Positions 50,745 through 63,126 of a stretch of DNA of 64,000 nucleotides are shown piece after piece. The stretch spans positions 10,912,001 through 10,976,000 of the forward strand of contig CP075493.1 of the NCBI GenBank assembly GCA_021613535.1, in the 5' to 3' direction. The notes below the pieces were generated by a model, which worked only from the letters and a program-made list of their open reading frames with translations, searched no databases and was not told the origin of the DNA. The translations under genes and the position numbers were made by a program. Source of the stretch: Adineta vaga (lineage: Eukaryota > Animalia > Rotifera). Position 1 is the stretch's first letter, and every line of letters starts with the position of its first letter.

Positions 50745-52934
50745 ATGTCCAAGCATGAAATTAATGTTGTTCTCATTGGCGAAACTGGCAGTGGTAAGTT
50801 TTATCTGGTCTCAATTTATTACATGTGAAAGTACTTCTTTAGGAAAATCGACATTTATTAACTATCTAGTCAATTATTTTTACAGAGGTTCACTGAACTC
50901 CTTACGTGTTGCCATTCCAACAGCTTATATTAGAGCGAATATGAACTACATTTCGCAAGAAAATGCGGTCGCAGATCGAACTAAAAGTAAAACAGTAGAA
51001 TGTCAACGTTATTCCTTCGAAATACAAGGACAACGGTTTAATTTTATTGACACGCCTGGTACCAATGATACGAATGGTCGTGTTCAAGATGTTCAAAATA
51101 TTGAAAAAGTCTTAGCTTATATTCAAAGTCTCAACACAATCACTGCCATTGTACTTATTCTGAATGGTACTGTTGCGCGTGCAACTATCAACATTAAAAT
51201 GTTGTTAACATATATCGTGACTATCTTCCAAATGCTATCTATTCAAATATCATTATTGTACTGACCAATTGCGAGGCACATACTGTGAATTTTAGTCCCA
51301 AGGATATTGATCTACCAGAAAAATGTCCGGTATATCATATGCAAAATTCTGCGTTCGCATCTGATCCTCGCACATGGTCACATAATAAGGTTGCCTTCTT
51401 GCAACGACAGTTTGATACATCAATAGAAACGTTGAATCAGTTTTTGGAAAAATTATTGTCACTTCAACCAACATCGACTAAATTATTTGAAAATATGAAT
51501 GATGCTCGAAATAAAATTAAGCAACAGCTGTATCGGGTACGAATGACTATTTTAGATTTACAAACTTTAGAAGATGAACTAGCAGCTTCTGAAGTTTCAG
51601 GAGAAATTCATGCGACGAATGCGAGCAAATTTCAAAAGTTTTTAATGGAACGCACAATCAACCAAACCAAGCAGATAAACACATCTTATTACAATACAAG
51701 ATGTTTTGTATGTGATATAGAATGTCATCGAAATTGTAAACTAAACGAAGCTCCTCTGCCAGGATCAACAGAATTGCGACATTGTTCTGTAATGAACTCG
51801 CTTGGATATTGCCGTCATTGTCCAAATCGATGTCATGCTAGTAAACATTTTCATGCTCGATACAGTGTAGAAATAGTGAAAACTCCTGCGAAAGAATTCT
51901 TGGACAGCATGCAGCAACGATATTTCGAAGCAAGACAAGAACAGCAACAAGCTGATTTGAAATGTGATGATCTTGAAAAGACAAAGCGACTTTTAGAACG
52001 TGAACTTGGACAACAATATAAGGAGATTAAGGAAGAAATTAGTAGTTTAAAAGAGATGTGTAATGAATTGAATATCACTGAAATTCTCTTTCAATTTATT
52101 GAATTATTGCAAAAAGATAATATGCATCTAAAATCACCTTCAGTTATTCGCAAATCAGGTGCATTTATAGACGATCTCAAGCAATTGTGTGCCAACTCAG
52201 ACCAATCAACTTCTCAGAAATCAAACAAATGGTCAGCATCATCATTTTCACAGAAGAATACATCTAAGTTAATGATGAATACGAGTTCAGCATATAGTGC
52301 AGATTTATCAAACAGTTATATGTCAACAGTTGCTCTTCTGCCACACGGTCAGACCACGGATATTTTTCATTCTTCAGGATCAGTCTATCCGCAACTGCCA
52401 TATCGATGTTCACTCGAAAACAATAAGAAAAGTACTCATAACGAGTATATCAAAGCACCAGAAGATATGTGTCATGGCGAAAAGAATGAAAATGATGTAG
52501 AACAAACGTTCCATAGCATAGGAATGGACGCCGAAGAAAAAATACCACAACAGCAGATTATGCCTGATGGTCATTGTATCATGGATTCTAAAGCAAAAAA
52601 AGAACATCTCTCTATGCAATCATTTGGCAATCTAATTCATCTTTTGAACAACGCGACAAATGAATTAGATATGAAGGAGATTAAGGATGAATTGCAGCGT
52701 CGATGTTTTGGAGAATCCGTCGGATTTCTAACTTTCCACGAACAAATTATGTTGTGTGAACAATATGCAAAACATCAAAATATACCCTTTCCGTATCTAA
52801 TGCGCTTGAGTGTTCAGCTGATTGATGAAATAGAAAAGCTGACTGGCGATGATCCTATTAAAATGAATTGTTTATCGTCCGATAAACGATTACAATTAGC
52901 TGCAATCAATCTTCTTATCAAAAATAGAACTTAA
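50745..52934 (+). CDS. AIG1/septin-like GTPase paralog 2; one apparent frameshift (pseudogene or sequencing error)
   Basis: MSKHEINVVLIGETGSG|KSTFINYL with intron 50794-50842; a short upstream exon from 50677 is possible. DTPG present. One A is missing in the run at 51196-51199; restoring it gives NIKNVVNIYRDYLPNAIYSNIIIVLTN, matching the paralogs. Confidence 0.8.
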
Positions 52935-53816
52935 ACAAAAATAGAAACGTGTTCAAAACACTACAACAACACAAAGACTGATTCGTCAATGAAAATATTC
53001 TTTATAAATCTCTCTTCGTAGTAGAGAATCTGCCTGTGACATTTCACACTCAGACACTAGAACATATAGAAATGATGTTCTTTTACTGATTATCAAAATG
53101 TCATAGCAGATAATCTATTACGCGAGTGGTTTAATTGATTTCTTTTCGAGATTTTAGTTGTTGATATATACGAGTAATTTACAATATACAAACTTCACAT
53201 CTTTATTATCGAAACTATAATAAACACGATTTTTTTTCTTTTTTTTCTAGATCAATTAAATACGTTGATATAATTGTTTTCTTCGAACGTTTGAACGAAA
53301 TTATTTGTACGTATATCTTATTATACTTCATTCCTATTTATACGAAACTGTCAGTTTAATTACTGTAAATTAAAAAGAAAACAAGTTTACAAACTTATAG
53401 TATTTTATTGGAAAATCTCACCAGTGTAAAACTACAAAGTTGAGTTCAAGTTTTAAGTATTACATGTATGAATGCTTTTGAGGTAAAATACAATTAAAGC
53501 AACTCAAATTTCGCGTTGCATCTTTTCGTTCTTTTCCATTAGGAAGCGTGAGAGTAAGGGCAGACACGTTTACATGTATAGTGGATTGAAGAAGATGATA
53601 CTATTTAGTTCACACTGCGGGAGTTAATCAGTAATAATAGTTCCGAAAATTGCTCAACGAAAGTATAAGTGCTGATAAGATCATTTTTAGCTAGTTCGGG
53701 ATCATTTGATAAAATGAAATGTTTTTTTTTTAGTCTATAATAGAAACAGAGAAACACCATTTACGTTAATCAAAGTATTAACAATATCTACTGGAAATCA
53801 ATTTAAATATTGTTCG

Positions 53817-56800
53817 ATGAATGCAATGCATGGATTGATTATTATGCAACAGCAATGGGGTCGATCGGGACAACCATCACGTCAGGAGAATCTGAACACT
53901 AGCAAAATGATAAAAGTTCTTTTGATCGGTGAAACAGGATCTGGAAAATCGACTTTTATCAACTATTTAACAAACTACTTGAAACATGGTACACTACATA
54001 ACTTGAAAATTGCCATTCCTTCAGTTTTCCATCCAGATGTCACTGAAGAATTTGATCATCATGAACATGTTCTCCATGACCAAACACAATCAAAAACGGA
54101 TTCTTGTTGTCAATATATGTTTGACGATGGAACGAATCAATATCTATTTATTGATACACCAGGCTTATCTGATACACGTGGTCATGAACAAGACAAGATT
54201 AATCTTCAAAAAATTATTGATGCTGCCGAGAATCTCAATGGACTCACGGCTGTAATTATTGTCGTGAATGGAGCTGTCTCTCGGCTAACAATCAATTTAC
54301 AAAATGTTATTGCTCAATTACGCGGAAATCTACCTGACACTGTTATGGATAATGTTATTGTTGTTTTGACAAATACGTCACGATATTCTACTAATTTCAC
54401 CTTAGAAGCACTTAAACTTAATGGAAATGTCTATCCCTATTATATGCAAAATTCAGCCTTTACAACCGATCCAAAGAAATGGACCACAACAGTCATAGAA
54501 TCATTACAATATGATTGGAATCAGTCGATGAATGAGATCAAAGCAATGTTAGCAACGCTTAATACATTCAAGACGAAATCTGTAGCTGCCTTCACGAATA
54601 TGAAAGATATTCGAAATACGATCAAACAACTGATGCATGCTGCACGTATTGAAGTTGTAAGAATTCAAAAGATGCAAGATGAGATTGCGATGTTCGAAGC
54701 CGGTTTAAAACAAGCTAATGCAGACACAGTTACTTATAAAGACTATAAAAAAGAACGTGTCATTGACAATATTGAATTTATTGATACTCGTCATCATAGT
54801 ACATTGTGTCAAAGCTGCAATTATGTTTGTCATGAAAACTGTGGTCTCAATGAAGCTACAGTTGTGGGTCATCAGATCTTTCAACATTGTATGGCAATAA
54901 AAGATGGCAATTGTACGAAATGTCCTCGAAACTGTTCGTATACAGATCATTATCATGCAAAGAAAACAGTGAAAATTACCAAGAAAAAAGTGGAAGATAT
55001 TATAGCCGACATAAAAAGTCGATATGAAGCTGCATCAGACGATTCAGCTAATTATCAAAAGAAGATTAAAAGTACCGCAGATGCCAAGCGACTACTGGAA
55101 AATGCACTGAAACAGAAAAACGAAGAAATCATAGCAAAATGCAATGAACTACGCAGAATATGTTCTGGATTCAACTTAGCGACAGAACTGCATGCTCTAA
55201 TTGCTCAGCTCGAAATTGAATCGGCGATGTTACGTAATATAGAGACAAAACAACAAGCGGAGACATTTATTCGAAGTCTAAAACAACTTTGTACAGAAAT
55301 CGAAAGAGATCAAAGCGAACAACATGCAAGAAGATCTCAAAATCCAAAAATGACTGTCATTAATACTGAACCAACTATCGTAAGTCAAACGGAACGATCA
55401 TTTCAATCCACGATAGTACCTAGTACTTCCAGTTCAACTCAACAAACTTCAAACATAAATTCACAATCACATGTCAGCGAAGAAATTCTAGCGAAACTTC
55501 GAGAAATGGCTAGAAATCCTTCAAGAACAAGATCAAAACAAAGGGTGAGAAACATATCAACTAATGATACTGATTCAACAAGCGATGAAAATGAGCAGAA
55601 TGAAATCGACAGCAGCGAAGATGAAACAACAAAATCGCGTGAACCTCGATCGTCGTCTGGAAGATCAACAAGAATGGAACCTTGTGTAGAGGAATTCAAA
55701 CAATTGTCGACTAGTGAATTGGTCACACGTTATCGAGTCTGTGATGATCATCGGACAAGTAATTTTATTTTTCATGAACTTACTCAACGATCCTACGGTA
55801 AATCAATGGCACCGCTTACAGAGCCCTCTGCAATAGCTGCTTTTACGACTTTTGTACAAAAGCATTGTTCATTAGATCACAATGCACTAAAATACAAATA
55901 TGAGCAGCTTAAGGAACAAATAACAGCTATTACCGAACCTGATATTCTTCAAATTGAGAAAGTTCCCTTATCCTTAATGTGCGAAATAGCTGCTGTATAT
56001 GAATTACTAAAAACTTCTTCTGATACTGGAAGAATGACCACCCCTAATGCCTCATTTCCATCAAGGCTAACATCACCAGGTGATTACCAACCATGGCCTT
56101 CCTATGCTTACTTACAACAACAACCACCAATCCACCATCGTGATTCACCATTTGTGGCTCCTATTCCGCTGTATCGATACCAATCACCATATGAATATAC
56201 TCATCTCTCTGCTAGAGTACATTATCCAGAGGATGCTGCATCTGAATACATATCTCGATTATCACTACATCCGCATATATCTCCAAATGCGAGTTTCAAC
56301 TACCAACCCAGTCATAATGTACCAAAACCATACGATCATCCTTCACTTAATAAATCTACACATAATATGCCAACAGATGGTTCAGAAAACCAGCATATAC
56401 AACCTTTCATGCATGGTCATTCTGAGCATTTCAGACACCACAATTATGGTAATCCTGCATATCATCCGACTTTAAATTCAAGTGTGAGAAATGCTCCATC
56501 TTCGACTTCAAATCCGTATCACTTCTTACAAGATCAACACCGATATGCTAATGAAAATTTAATATCATCAAATCCAACACATCATCCATTAGCGTCATCA
56601 TCGATTGCATCATCAAATCATCTGTCGGGAGAATGCGACATAATGCGTGTTACTTCGCCATTCAGACCTGTAAGATCTGATGTGTATCGCTCTAGCGCTC
56701 GCTCACCAACACAACGACCATTATCATCTTCCTCTGGTTTTTCAGAATCCAGTACTCATGCAGGTAGTGTCGTTAACCTTCCTTTCGAATTAACCATTGA

Positions 56801-57146
56801 AGATCTACGTAAATATACGGATGCAAAATTATTGTCAGCTCTTGACGATGCAAGCGAAAAAAAGAATCGATCACATCAGCATATTATCTATACGGAACTT
56901 GAACAACGTTGTTACGGCGATCATCCTCTATTAATCCAAGAAAAACGTGCGCTTTTCGATGAGAAATGTAACAAATTTCGTGAATTTTCAATGGCTGACC
57001 TTCGCAGGTTCCAATTAAAAATGCAACAAGATATTTATAACCATCTTATAAATGGTAATGCTACAAATTTAACTAATGTACCATCTGAGCTAATCATTGA
57101 AATCGCTGCAGTAAACTATTGCATTAGAATGTTCAATGATCAATGA
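53817..57146 (+). CDS. AIG1/septin-like GTPase paralog 3 (1109 aa) with two copies of the helical C-terminal domain separated by a P/H/S/Y-rich linker
   Basis: GETGSGKST, SKT, DTPG, VLTN, MQNSAF and the Cys/His module. Intronless. Confidence 0.9.
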   Translation: MNAMHGLIIMQQQWGRSGQPSRQENLNTSKMIKVLLIGETGSGKSTFINYLTNYLKHGTLHNLKIAIPSVFHPDVTEEFDHHEHVLHDQTQSKTDSCCQYMFDDGTNQYLFIDTPGLSDTRGHEQDKINLQKIIDAAENLNGLTAVIIVVNGAVSRLTINLQNVIAQLRGNLPDTVMDNVIVVLTNTSRYSTNFTLEALKLNGNVYPYYMQNSAFTTDPKKWTTTVIESLQYDWNQSMNEIKAMLATLNTFKTKSVAAFTNMKDIRNTIKQLMHAARIEVVRIQKMQDEIAMFEAGLKQANADTVTYKDYKKERVIDNIEFIDTRHHSTLCQSCNYVCHENCGLNEATVVGHQIFQHCMAIKDGNCTKCPRNCSYTDHYHAKKTVKITKKKVEDIIADIKSRYEAASDDSANYQKKIKSTADAKRLLENALKQKNEEIIAKCNELRRICSGFNLATELHALIAQLEIESAMLRNIETKQQAETFIRSLKQLCTEIERDQSEQHARRSQNPKMTVINTEPTIVSQTERSFQSTIVPSTSSSTQQTSNINSQSHVSEEILAKLREMARNPSRTRSKQRVRNISTNDTDSTSDENEQNEIDSSEDETTKSREPRSSSGRSTRMEPCVEEFKQLSTSELVTRYRVCDDHRTSNFIFHELTQRSYGKSMAPLTEPSAIAAFTTFVQKHCSLDHNALKYKYEQLKEQITAITEPDILQIEKVPLSLMCEIAAVYELLKTSSDTGRMTTPNASFPSRLTSPGDYQPWPSYAYLQQQPPIHHRDSPFVAPIPLYRYQSPYEYTHLSARVHYPEDAASEYISRLSLHPHISPNASFNYQPSHNVPKPYDHPSLNKSTHNMPTDGSENQHIQPFMHGHSEHFRHHNYGNPAYHPTLNSSVRNAPSSTSNPYHFLQDQHRYANENLISSNPTHHPLASSSIASSNHLSGECDIMRVTSPFRPVRSDVYRSSARSPTQRPLSSSSGFSESSTHAGSVVNLPFELTIEDLRKYTDAKLLSALDDASEKKNRSHQHIIYTELEQRCYGDHPLLIQEKRALFDEKCNKFREFSMADLRRFQLKMQQDIYNHLINGNATNLTNVPSELIIEIAAVNYCIRMFNDQ

Positions 57147-57947
57147 TCAACGAGTACTTATCACACATACTCATTTCCGTCTCAAATATTAAGGTTTACT
57201 TTTAATTTGTATGTTATTTTTTGTGATTTCTATCATCAAGTCGAAGAGATTATGTTCATATGAAATAAGAAACCGATCAGCATAATATCAAGACATGATG
57301 TATTTTTGAATATAATATTATGATCAATTTATACGAATATATTTGCTCTATGATTATGAGTATTCCTACATTAATATTAATTAAAGATCTACATGGTCTA
57401 TAGTGATTGAATCAGTTGATTTCGATTATTGGACCAATAGCGAGCACAGAGTTAGATTATTCACCGCCTGTTACCATCTCGAAAAAAAGTTCTAAATACG
57501 AGGATTTTTTTATTATAAGAATTGTCTAAAATAAATAAACTTTTGTAACTGAAAGTCATAAAAAGATACATATATATATATAGTTGTTGTGAAGTTCATT
57601 CAGTTTCATAAAACATGTAGACCTATTAAATAATAATAGCAGATTAAGAATCACATAAACCACTGCTGTTATCAGTTATATTCTAGAAAATATTTTTTTA
57701 CTTTTCAGAATCAGTGCATAATATTCGCATTACTTTTGACAGACGTTGATGAAAAGAAACTGCTTTAAAGGTTGTACATTCTTTGAAAAAACCTCTTTCA
57801 AACAACAATGAACTAAATGATATCAAGTCATAGCTACCAATTTAAATAAAATTTCATATTTTTCAAATTTTCAATCAAATATAGATTTTGAGAGTTTGGA
57901 ATGTATATCGTATTCGATATCTATATATACATATCCTCAAGATAATG

Positions 57948-59020
57948 TCATTTTTTCGGCTGTGAAGAAATCGATATTTCACGACAATCGGCAGGAAAAG
58001 GTTCAATTTGATTTCGACTACGATGACACCATTTTCTCAATAAACGAATGCATTTTTTTCCTATAAAAAATTTCACCTGACGACGAAATCGAGATGACGA
58101 TAGCACAAATACATAGAATGGTATCTAAAACAAGTTCATACAGAATGAAAACGGATAAATAAAAAGCAAGGAAATCTTACCGTATAGTTAATATCTTTTA
58201 AAAGAATGACACTTGCTTGCATTATTAAATCGAATGCAAATGGGATATCGTAATTTCCATTACTAATTTTTACAAGTGTAAAAACTCGATAGACGACATA
58301 GGGTAAATACAAAAGAATAAAAGTGATCACTCGTGCAAATGCCATTGCTGTTAATTGGCGATCTAATCTTCGTCGAACAAGTGGAACTCGTAGACGAATA
58401 ATTTGACGAACATGTCGATAAGCAATTAAACTAAAGAACGACGAAAATACAATCGGAAGAATACCAACAAAAACAGGATAATAAAAATAAAGATAATAAT
58501 TAATTGCAATCCTATTATCACATGAACAACCAAATGGTGAAAAAATATGAAATAAATATACTGCTGGTAGACTATGTATAATTGAAAAACATCCGATTAT
58601 AAATAGAAGATGTTGTGCTAATTGAAATGTACTCATTTGTCTTAGAGTGTAGATGTGACTTGTTGCTAAAATCTGATCAAATGCAGTCAAACAAATAATT
58701 GCAAAAGGAAGAATTTGAGCCATTTGATCGAAAACATATCTCATTTTGCACCATACTAAAGAATAATCAGCTAAATCACTGCCATCATCATATTGTATTA
58801 TATGATCGAAGAAGAGATATACAAGTGTTAAGATATTTACGATAGATTCAGTTTTTAAATAAAGAGCACATTGATTCTGACGAAATACTTTAAGACTACT
58901 AAAAGTGCAAGTATTTAAAATATTGCCAATAATTCCAATAATTAAAACCGCTATATAAATATAATACAAATATTTCAAAACAGTCGCGTAGATTTCTATT
59001 TCTGATAATGATGGAGACAT
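57948..59020 (-). CDS. Class A-like GPCR of the rotifer-expanded type (2 exons)
   Basis: GIIGNILN, WCKMR, AFDQ, RRRLDRQLTAM. Intron 58180-58125 leads into IPFYVFVLSSSRFRRQV. Confidence 0.85.
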
Positions 59021-59547
59021 CAACACTATTTTTTTTTTGATTATTAAGACTACTGAATGACTGCCGTCATAAAAGAATTTATAAAATAATGAAAAGAATA
59101 AAAAATGTATTAATGGATTATATTTTTTTCCTCAGCACTTAGTATAATTATAAATGCGTGCTTGCTGATGTTATAAATAAAAAATCTTTTGAAAAAAGAA
59201 GATCATGTAGAAGAAATGTCAAATGTCTTCAAAATGTTGAAATGCATCATTTTGAGTAATTATTATTCTCAGTACTTTTTTTCTTATAAATCAAGAAATG
59301 TCCGAATTTGGTGATAAAGAAAAAGACATTATCATTTACGTTATTTTCTCTATAACATAATAAACATGCATGTGAAGTGTTATGTTGCTCGTCTTGCACA
59401 ACGTATTAGTCATAGGTATCTGATGAAATCAGAAAACTTACACAATTAACTGTAATCTTCTGGAAAAAATGTCAAGCTATAAAAGGCATCTCTCGCACAT
59501 TTACATACATCATTTTTTTTCTTTCATTCATATTAACTTCAATTAAA

Positions 59548-60805
59548 ATGTATTCACGTCGAAATCAAAAAATACCAATCGGAATTCAAGTTGAAAAACG
59601 CGAGCAACCCGAATTGGCAGAACATGATTCTTCTATTCTTGGTAGGATATGATTGAAAATTAGGATTTTATATCTATAGTTTTCTTGTTTCTCCGTATTT
59701 AACTAGATCTTGCATTTGCGATGGATTGTACAGGATCGATGTCTTCATACATCGAAAGTGCTAGAAACAATATTCGTTCGATTGTTGAAGACATTGTTAG
59801 AAGTGAAAAGAGTGATATCCGTTTAGCTCTTGTCGAATATCGAGATCATCCACCTCAGGTGTGAATTGAGTCTAATGAACAAAAAAGCATTGTAATAAAT
59901 TTAGTATCATGATTTAGGACACAACATTTGTTACTCGCGTTCATAATTTTACAAATGATGTCAATGAGATGAAAAACTGGCTCGAACAATGTCAAGCAGA
60001 TGGCGGTGGTGATGAACCCGAAGCGGTCGCAGATGCACTTAGAGATGTGCTCGATTTATCATGGCGTTCGAATGCAACTAAAATTTGTATTCTTATTTCT
60101 GATGCTCCACCACATGGTCTCAATGGAAAGGGAGATGCCTTTGCACGAGGATGTCCTGCTGGTCATGATCCCATGAGACTCGTGCGAGACATGGCTGAGC
60201 TGAGTATCACATTGTATACTGTCGGTGTTGAACCACCTATAGGTTAGTTTTCATATATTCTATAATCAAGATCTCTTCGACGATCTTCTGTTCTAGTTCC
60301 TTACCGTGATTTTTTCATGACTATTGCTTACATCACTGGTGGACAATATGTTCCAATGGTTAATGCTCAATTATTAGCTCAAGTCATTGTTGGTGGTGTA
60401 CGTGAAGAAATTACCTTAGAACGTCTCATGCAAGATGCTCAGGAAGATATTGCTCGCGAAGTACAGCAAGCAGAAGAAGAGGGAGTCGATGATCGAGAAA
60501 CTGCTCGACGCGTCAATAGCTATTTTACGTCCAAAAAAACACGCACTAAACAGATGCGTAATAAAGCGGGAGCTACATCAAAAGTAGCTGAAGAGTGTTA
60601 TTCGAAATGTACTGATATGAGTGAAGTACGATCGAAATTTAAGATGGTAGAAGCAAAGGAGGAAGAAGAAGAAGAAGAAGAAGACAATGTTGGTGCTGAT
60701 GATAAAGAGAAAGTCAATGAAGAAACAAACTATGAAGTTGATGAAGACGATATGAGTCTTGAACAAGCGAAACGAATTGTTCAGAAAGTAAAGAATCGCA
60801 AGTAA
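59548..60805 (+). CDS. vWA-domain protein (vwkA/hemicentin-like vWA) with an acidic tail (4 exons)
   Basis: Introns 59642-59706, 59859-59917 and 60243-60296. DLAFAMDCTGSM (MIDAS), YRDHPPQD, GGGDEPEAV, ISDAPPHG, TGG. Confidence 0.88.
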
Positions 60806-61847
60806 TTGTAAATAGTATAGAATAATGATTATATGTTTTTGTTTTAAATAAAATAAACTGGAATGAAATAGGAGAAAAACAACGGAAGTATTGACATTGT
60901 AAACGTTCAATCTTTCAAAAAATATCTCCCAAAATTGTCTTTTCTTATCAACATTACGATCAAATTCACCGCTTAATACTAATTCATATAAATTAATATC
61001 GAAGGTAGATAATTGAGATGTATGTATCTTTAGTATCGATGGACTTTCCATTCTATAATTACTCGCAATGAATAAATCTTTCAATCAAGATAAATTCATA
61101 ATCCTTTTCATAATGATTGTATGTGCTTTTTCTGTTAGAAGCGTCGGGATGTGTTAGAAAAAAAGATTGAAGATAGTGTTTGCTGAAGAGGAGAAAATTC
61201 ATCAAAAGAAAACAATGATAAAAATACTTTAACTAAACCTTAGATCGATTTATTTGACAAATGGAGTGGGTGAGAATGCAAATAATAAAGGCAGTACAGT
61301 CTCACCCTAGTAAAAAGAAAAGAAAAAGCGATATCTTCGCTGAAATGAACTAACATTCTCAAAATCTCTCAAGAAATTCATATCTTATCATTAACAATCT
61401 GTATGATGAATACACTTAGAGTCATAATCTTTTGTTATCACATTTTTTATTCAACGGTGTTGTATAAAGTATATCGTTGCCCTAAAAAAAAGGTTTTTCA
61501 ATTCTTTAGACTATATACGCACACTTGCTCAATCTCAATACATAAGATGAATGGATAAAGTAAACATTACACTATGTATATACATTGCTTTTGACTATAG
61601 AACAAGAAAAAGTTTCATAATTATGTATTCAATGAATCATTCATTCTTGCACATATCGATGCAATCATGACTCTATCGACTGTCAAATAGTGTAAAAATG
61701 AAATGAAGTAATGATATCGAACTTTCTATTTCTTTATCGCTTCAACATACTTCAAAGTAGAATCGAAGAGAAAATAAATATAAATTGTACACTCAAACGA
61801 ATTCAATATTATCTATTTATTTCAGATAAATACTTATAGTAAAACAT

Positions 61848-63126
61848 ATGGCTACTTCATCATCATGCGTTATCGAACCAACAGTATTAACTTTGTTTGT
61901 TTATGAAGATTTAGTTCTTCATATTCAACGAATTCAAACTCAAATTATTCAATTGACAAAATATCTTCATGATCAATGTAAAACTGATTTAAAATCACGA
62001 TCATTTACTTTTATTGATCCATTTGGAAATCAAACCATACATAAATATATGGATCATGAAATGATCAATGTAATCTTTAGAAAATATATCGAAGAATATA
62101 TACCAAAATATTTAAAACAATGTATCAAATTTGCTCGAATGGTTCAAAGTCGTATTCTACCATTATATGATCATCAACTTCAATTAAATGCATCTGAGTT
62201 TTGCGATAGTTATACATTTGTTGCATATACTGAAGTGACTGTTTGGATAGGTAATTACGAAAATTTATCATATAAACAATTAATAATACCAGTTCTTCTA
62301 ACGGATATTATCGAAAAGATTCAAGAAGAATTAAAAAGGCGAACACGAACTACAAACATTGAATTAAAATCATTAACATCTGATCGAAATATACAACCGA
62401 ATAAAGAAAAGTGGAATGACGGTAAAACACTTCTCTCCAGTGATACAATTATGTCATCTGAATTATATCAGAAGAATTCGATTGTAATGGCAAAATTGAT
62501 AAAAATTAAAGTAGATTAGAAAATTATTCTTTTTCTTTGTATTTAATTTGATTCATTTTCTACGTCATTAGACAGCTGCAGCAGATTTGCATCCGAATAT
62601 GCAACTATTTGTCAGAACTCTCACGAGTAGAGTTGTTACAATAGAAGTTCATTCAGAAACGACTATATCTGAAGTGAAAGAAATCTTACAAAATATGGAA
62701 GGTATTAGTATTGATACACAACGTTTAATCTTTGCTGGAAAACAACTCGACGATGATAGAACTCTATCATATTATAATATACAAAAAGAATCGACATTAC
62801 ATATGGTACTTCGTTTACGTGGTGGAATGTATCATTTTACTAGTGGCCGACAAGATTTTCAACATTTACCTCATGATAGCGCTGTATTAATCAAACATAT
62901 TCTTCAATTCGAGTTTAAGGATATGAATGACATGATTAGTTTACCATCAAATGAATTCCAGAATGATATTTTACAAGCACAAATGCTTCTGTCGAAGTTA
63001 TATCATTCAATTAAAGATTATTCCATTGCAACTGATGCTCCAAATTTAAAAACTATTATACTTTCTACAAATATGGGTGATGAAGATAATGATCAGAAAG
63101 AAAATGTCTTTTCAAATAATGAATAA
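61848..63126 (+). CDS. Ubiquitin-domain fusion protein with N- and C-terminal extensions (2 exons)
   Basis: Intron 62511-62571 in frame. MQLFVRTLT...[36 protein letters not shown], followed by [11 protein letters not shown]. Confidence 0.85.

Noticed and set aside
45072-57146. Bacterial operon or contaminant origin of the GTPase cluster
   Set aside because: Paralog 2 has a spliceosomal intron, intergenic gaps are long, and the flanking genes are intron-containing animal-type genes.
60578-61084. 168-aa minus-strand ORF
   Set aside because: It overlaps the vWA acidic tail in antisense (poly-Phe from GAA repeats) and has no supportable domain.
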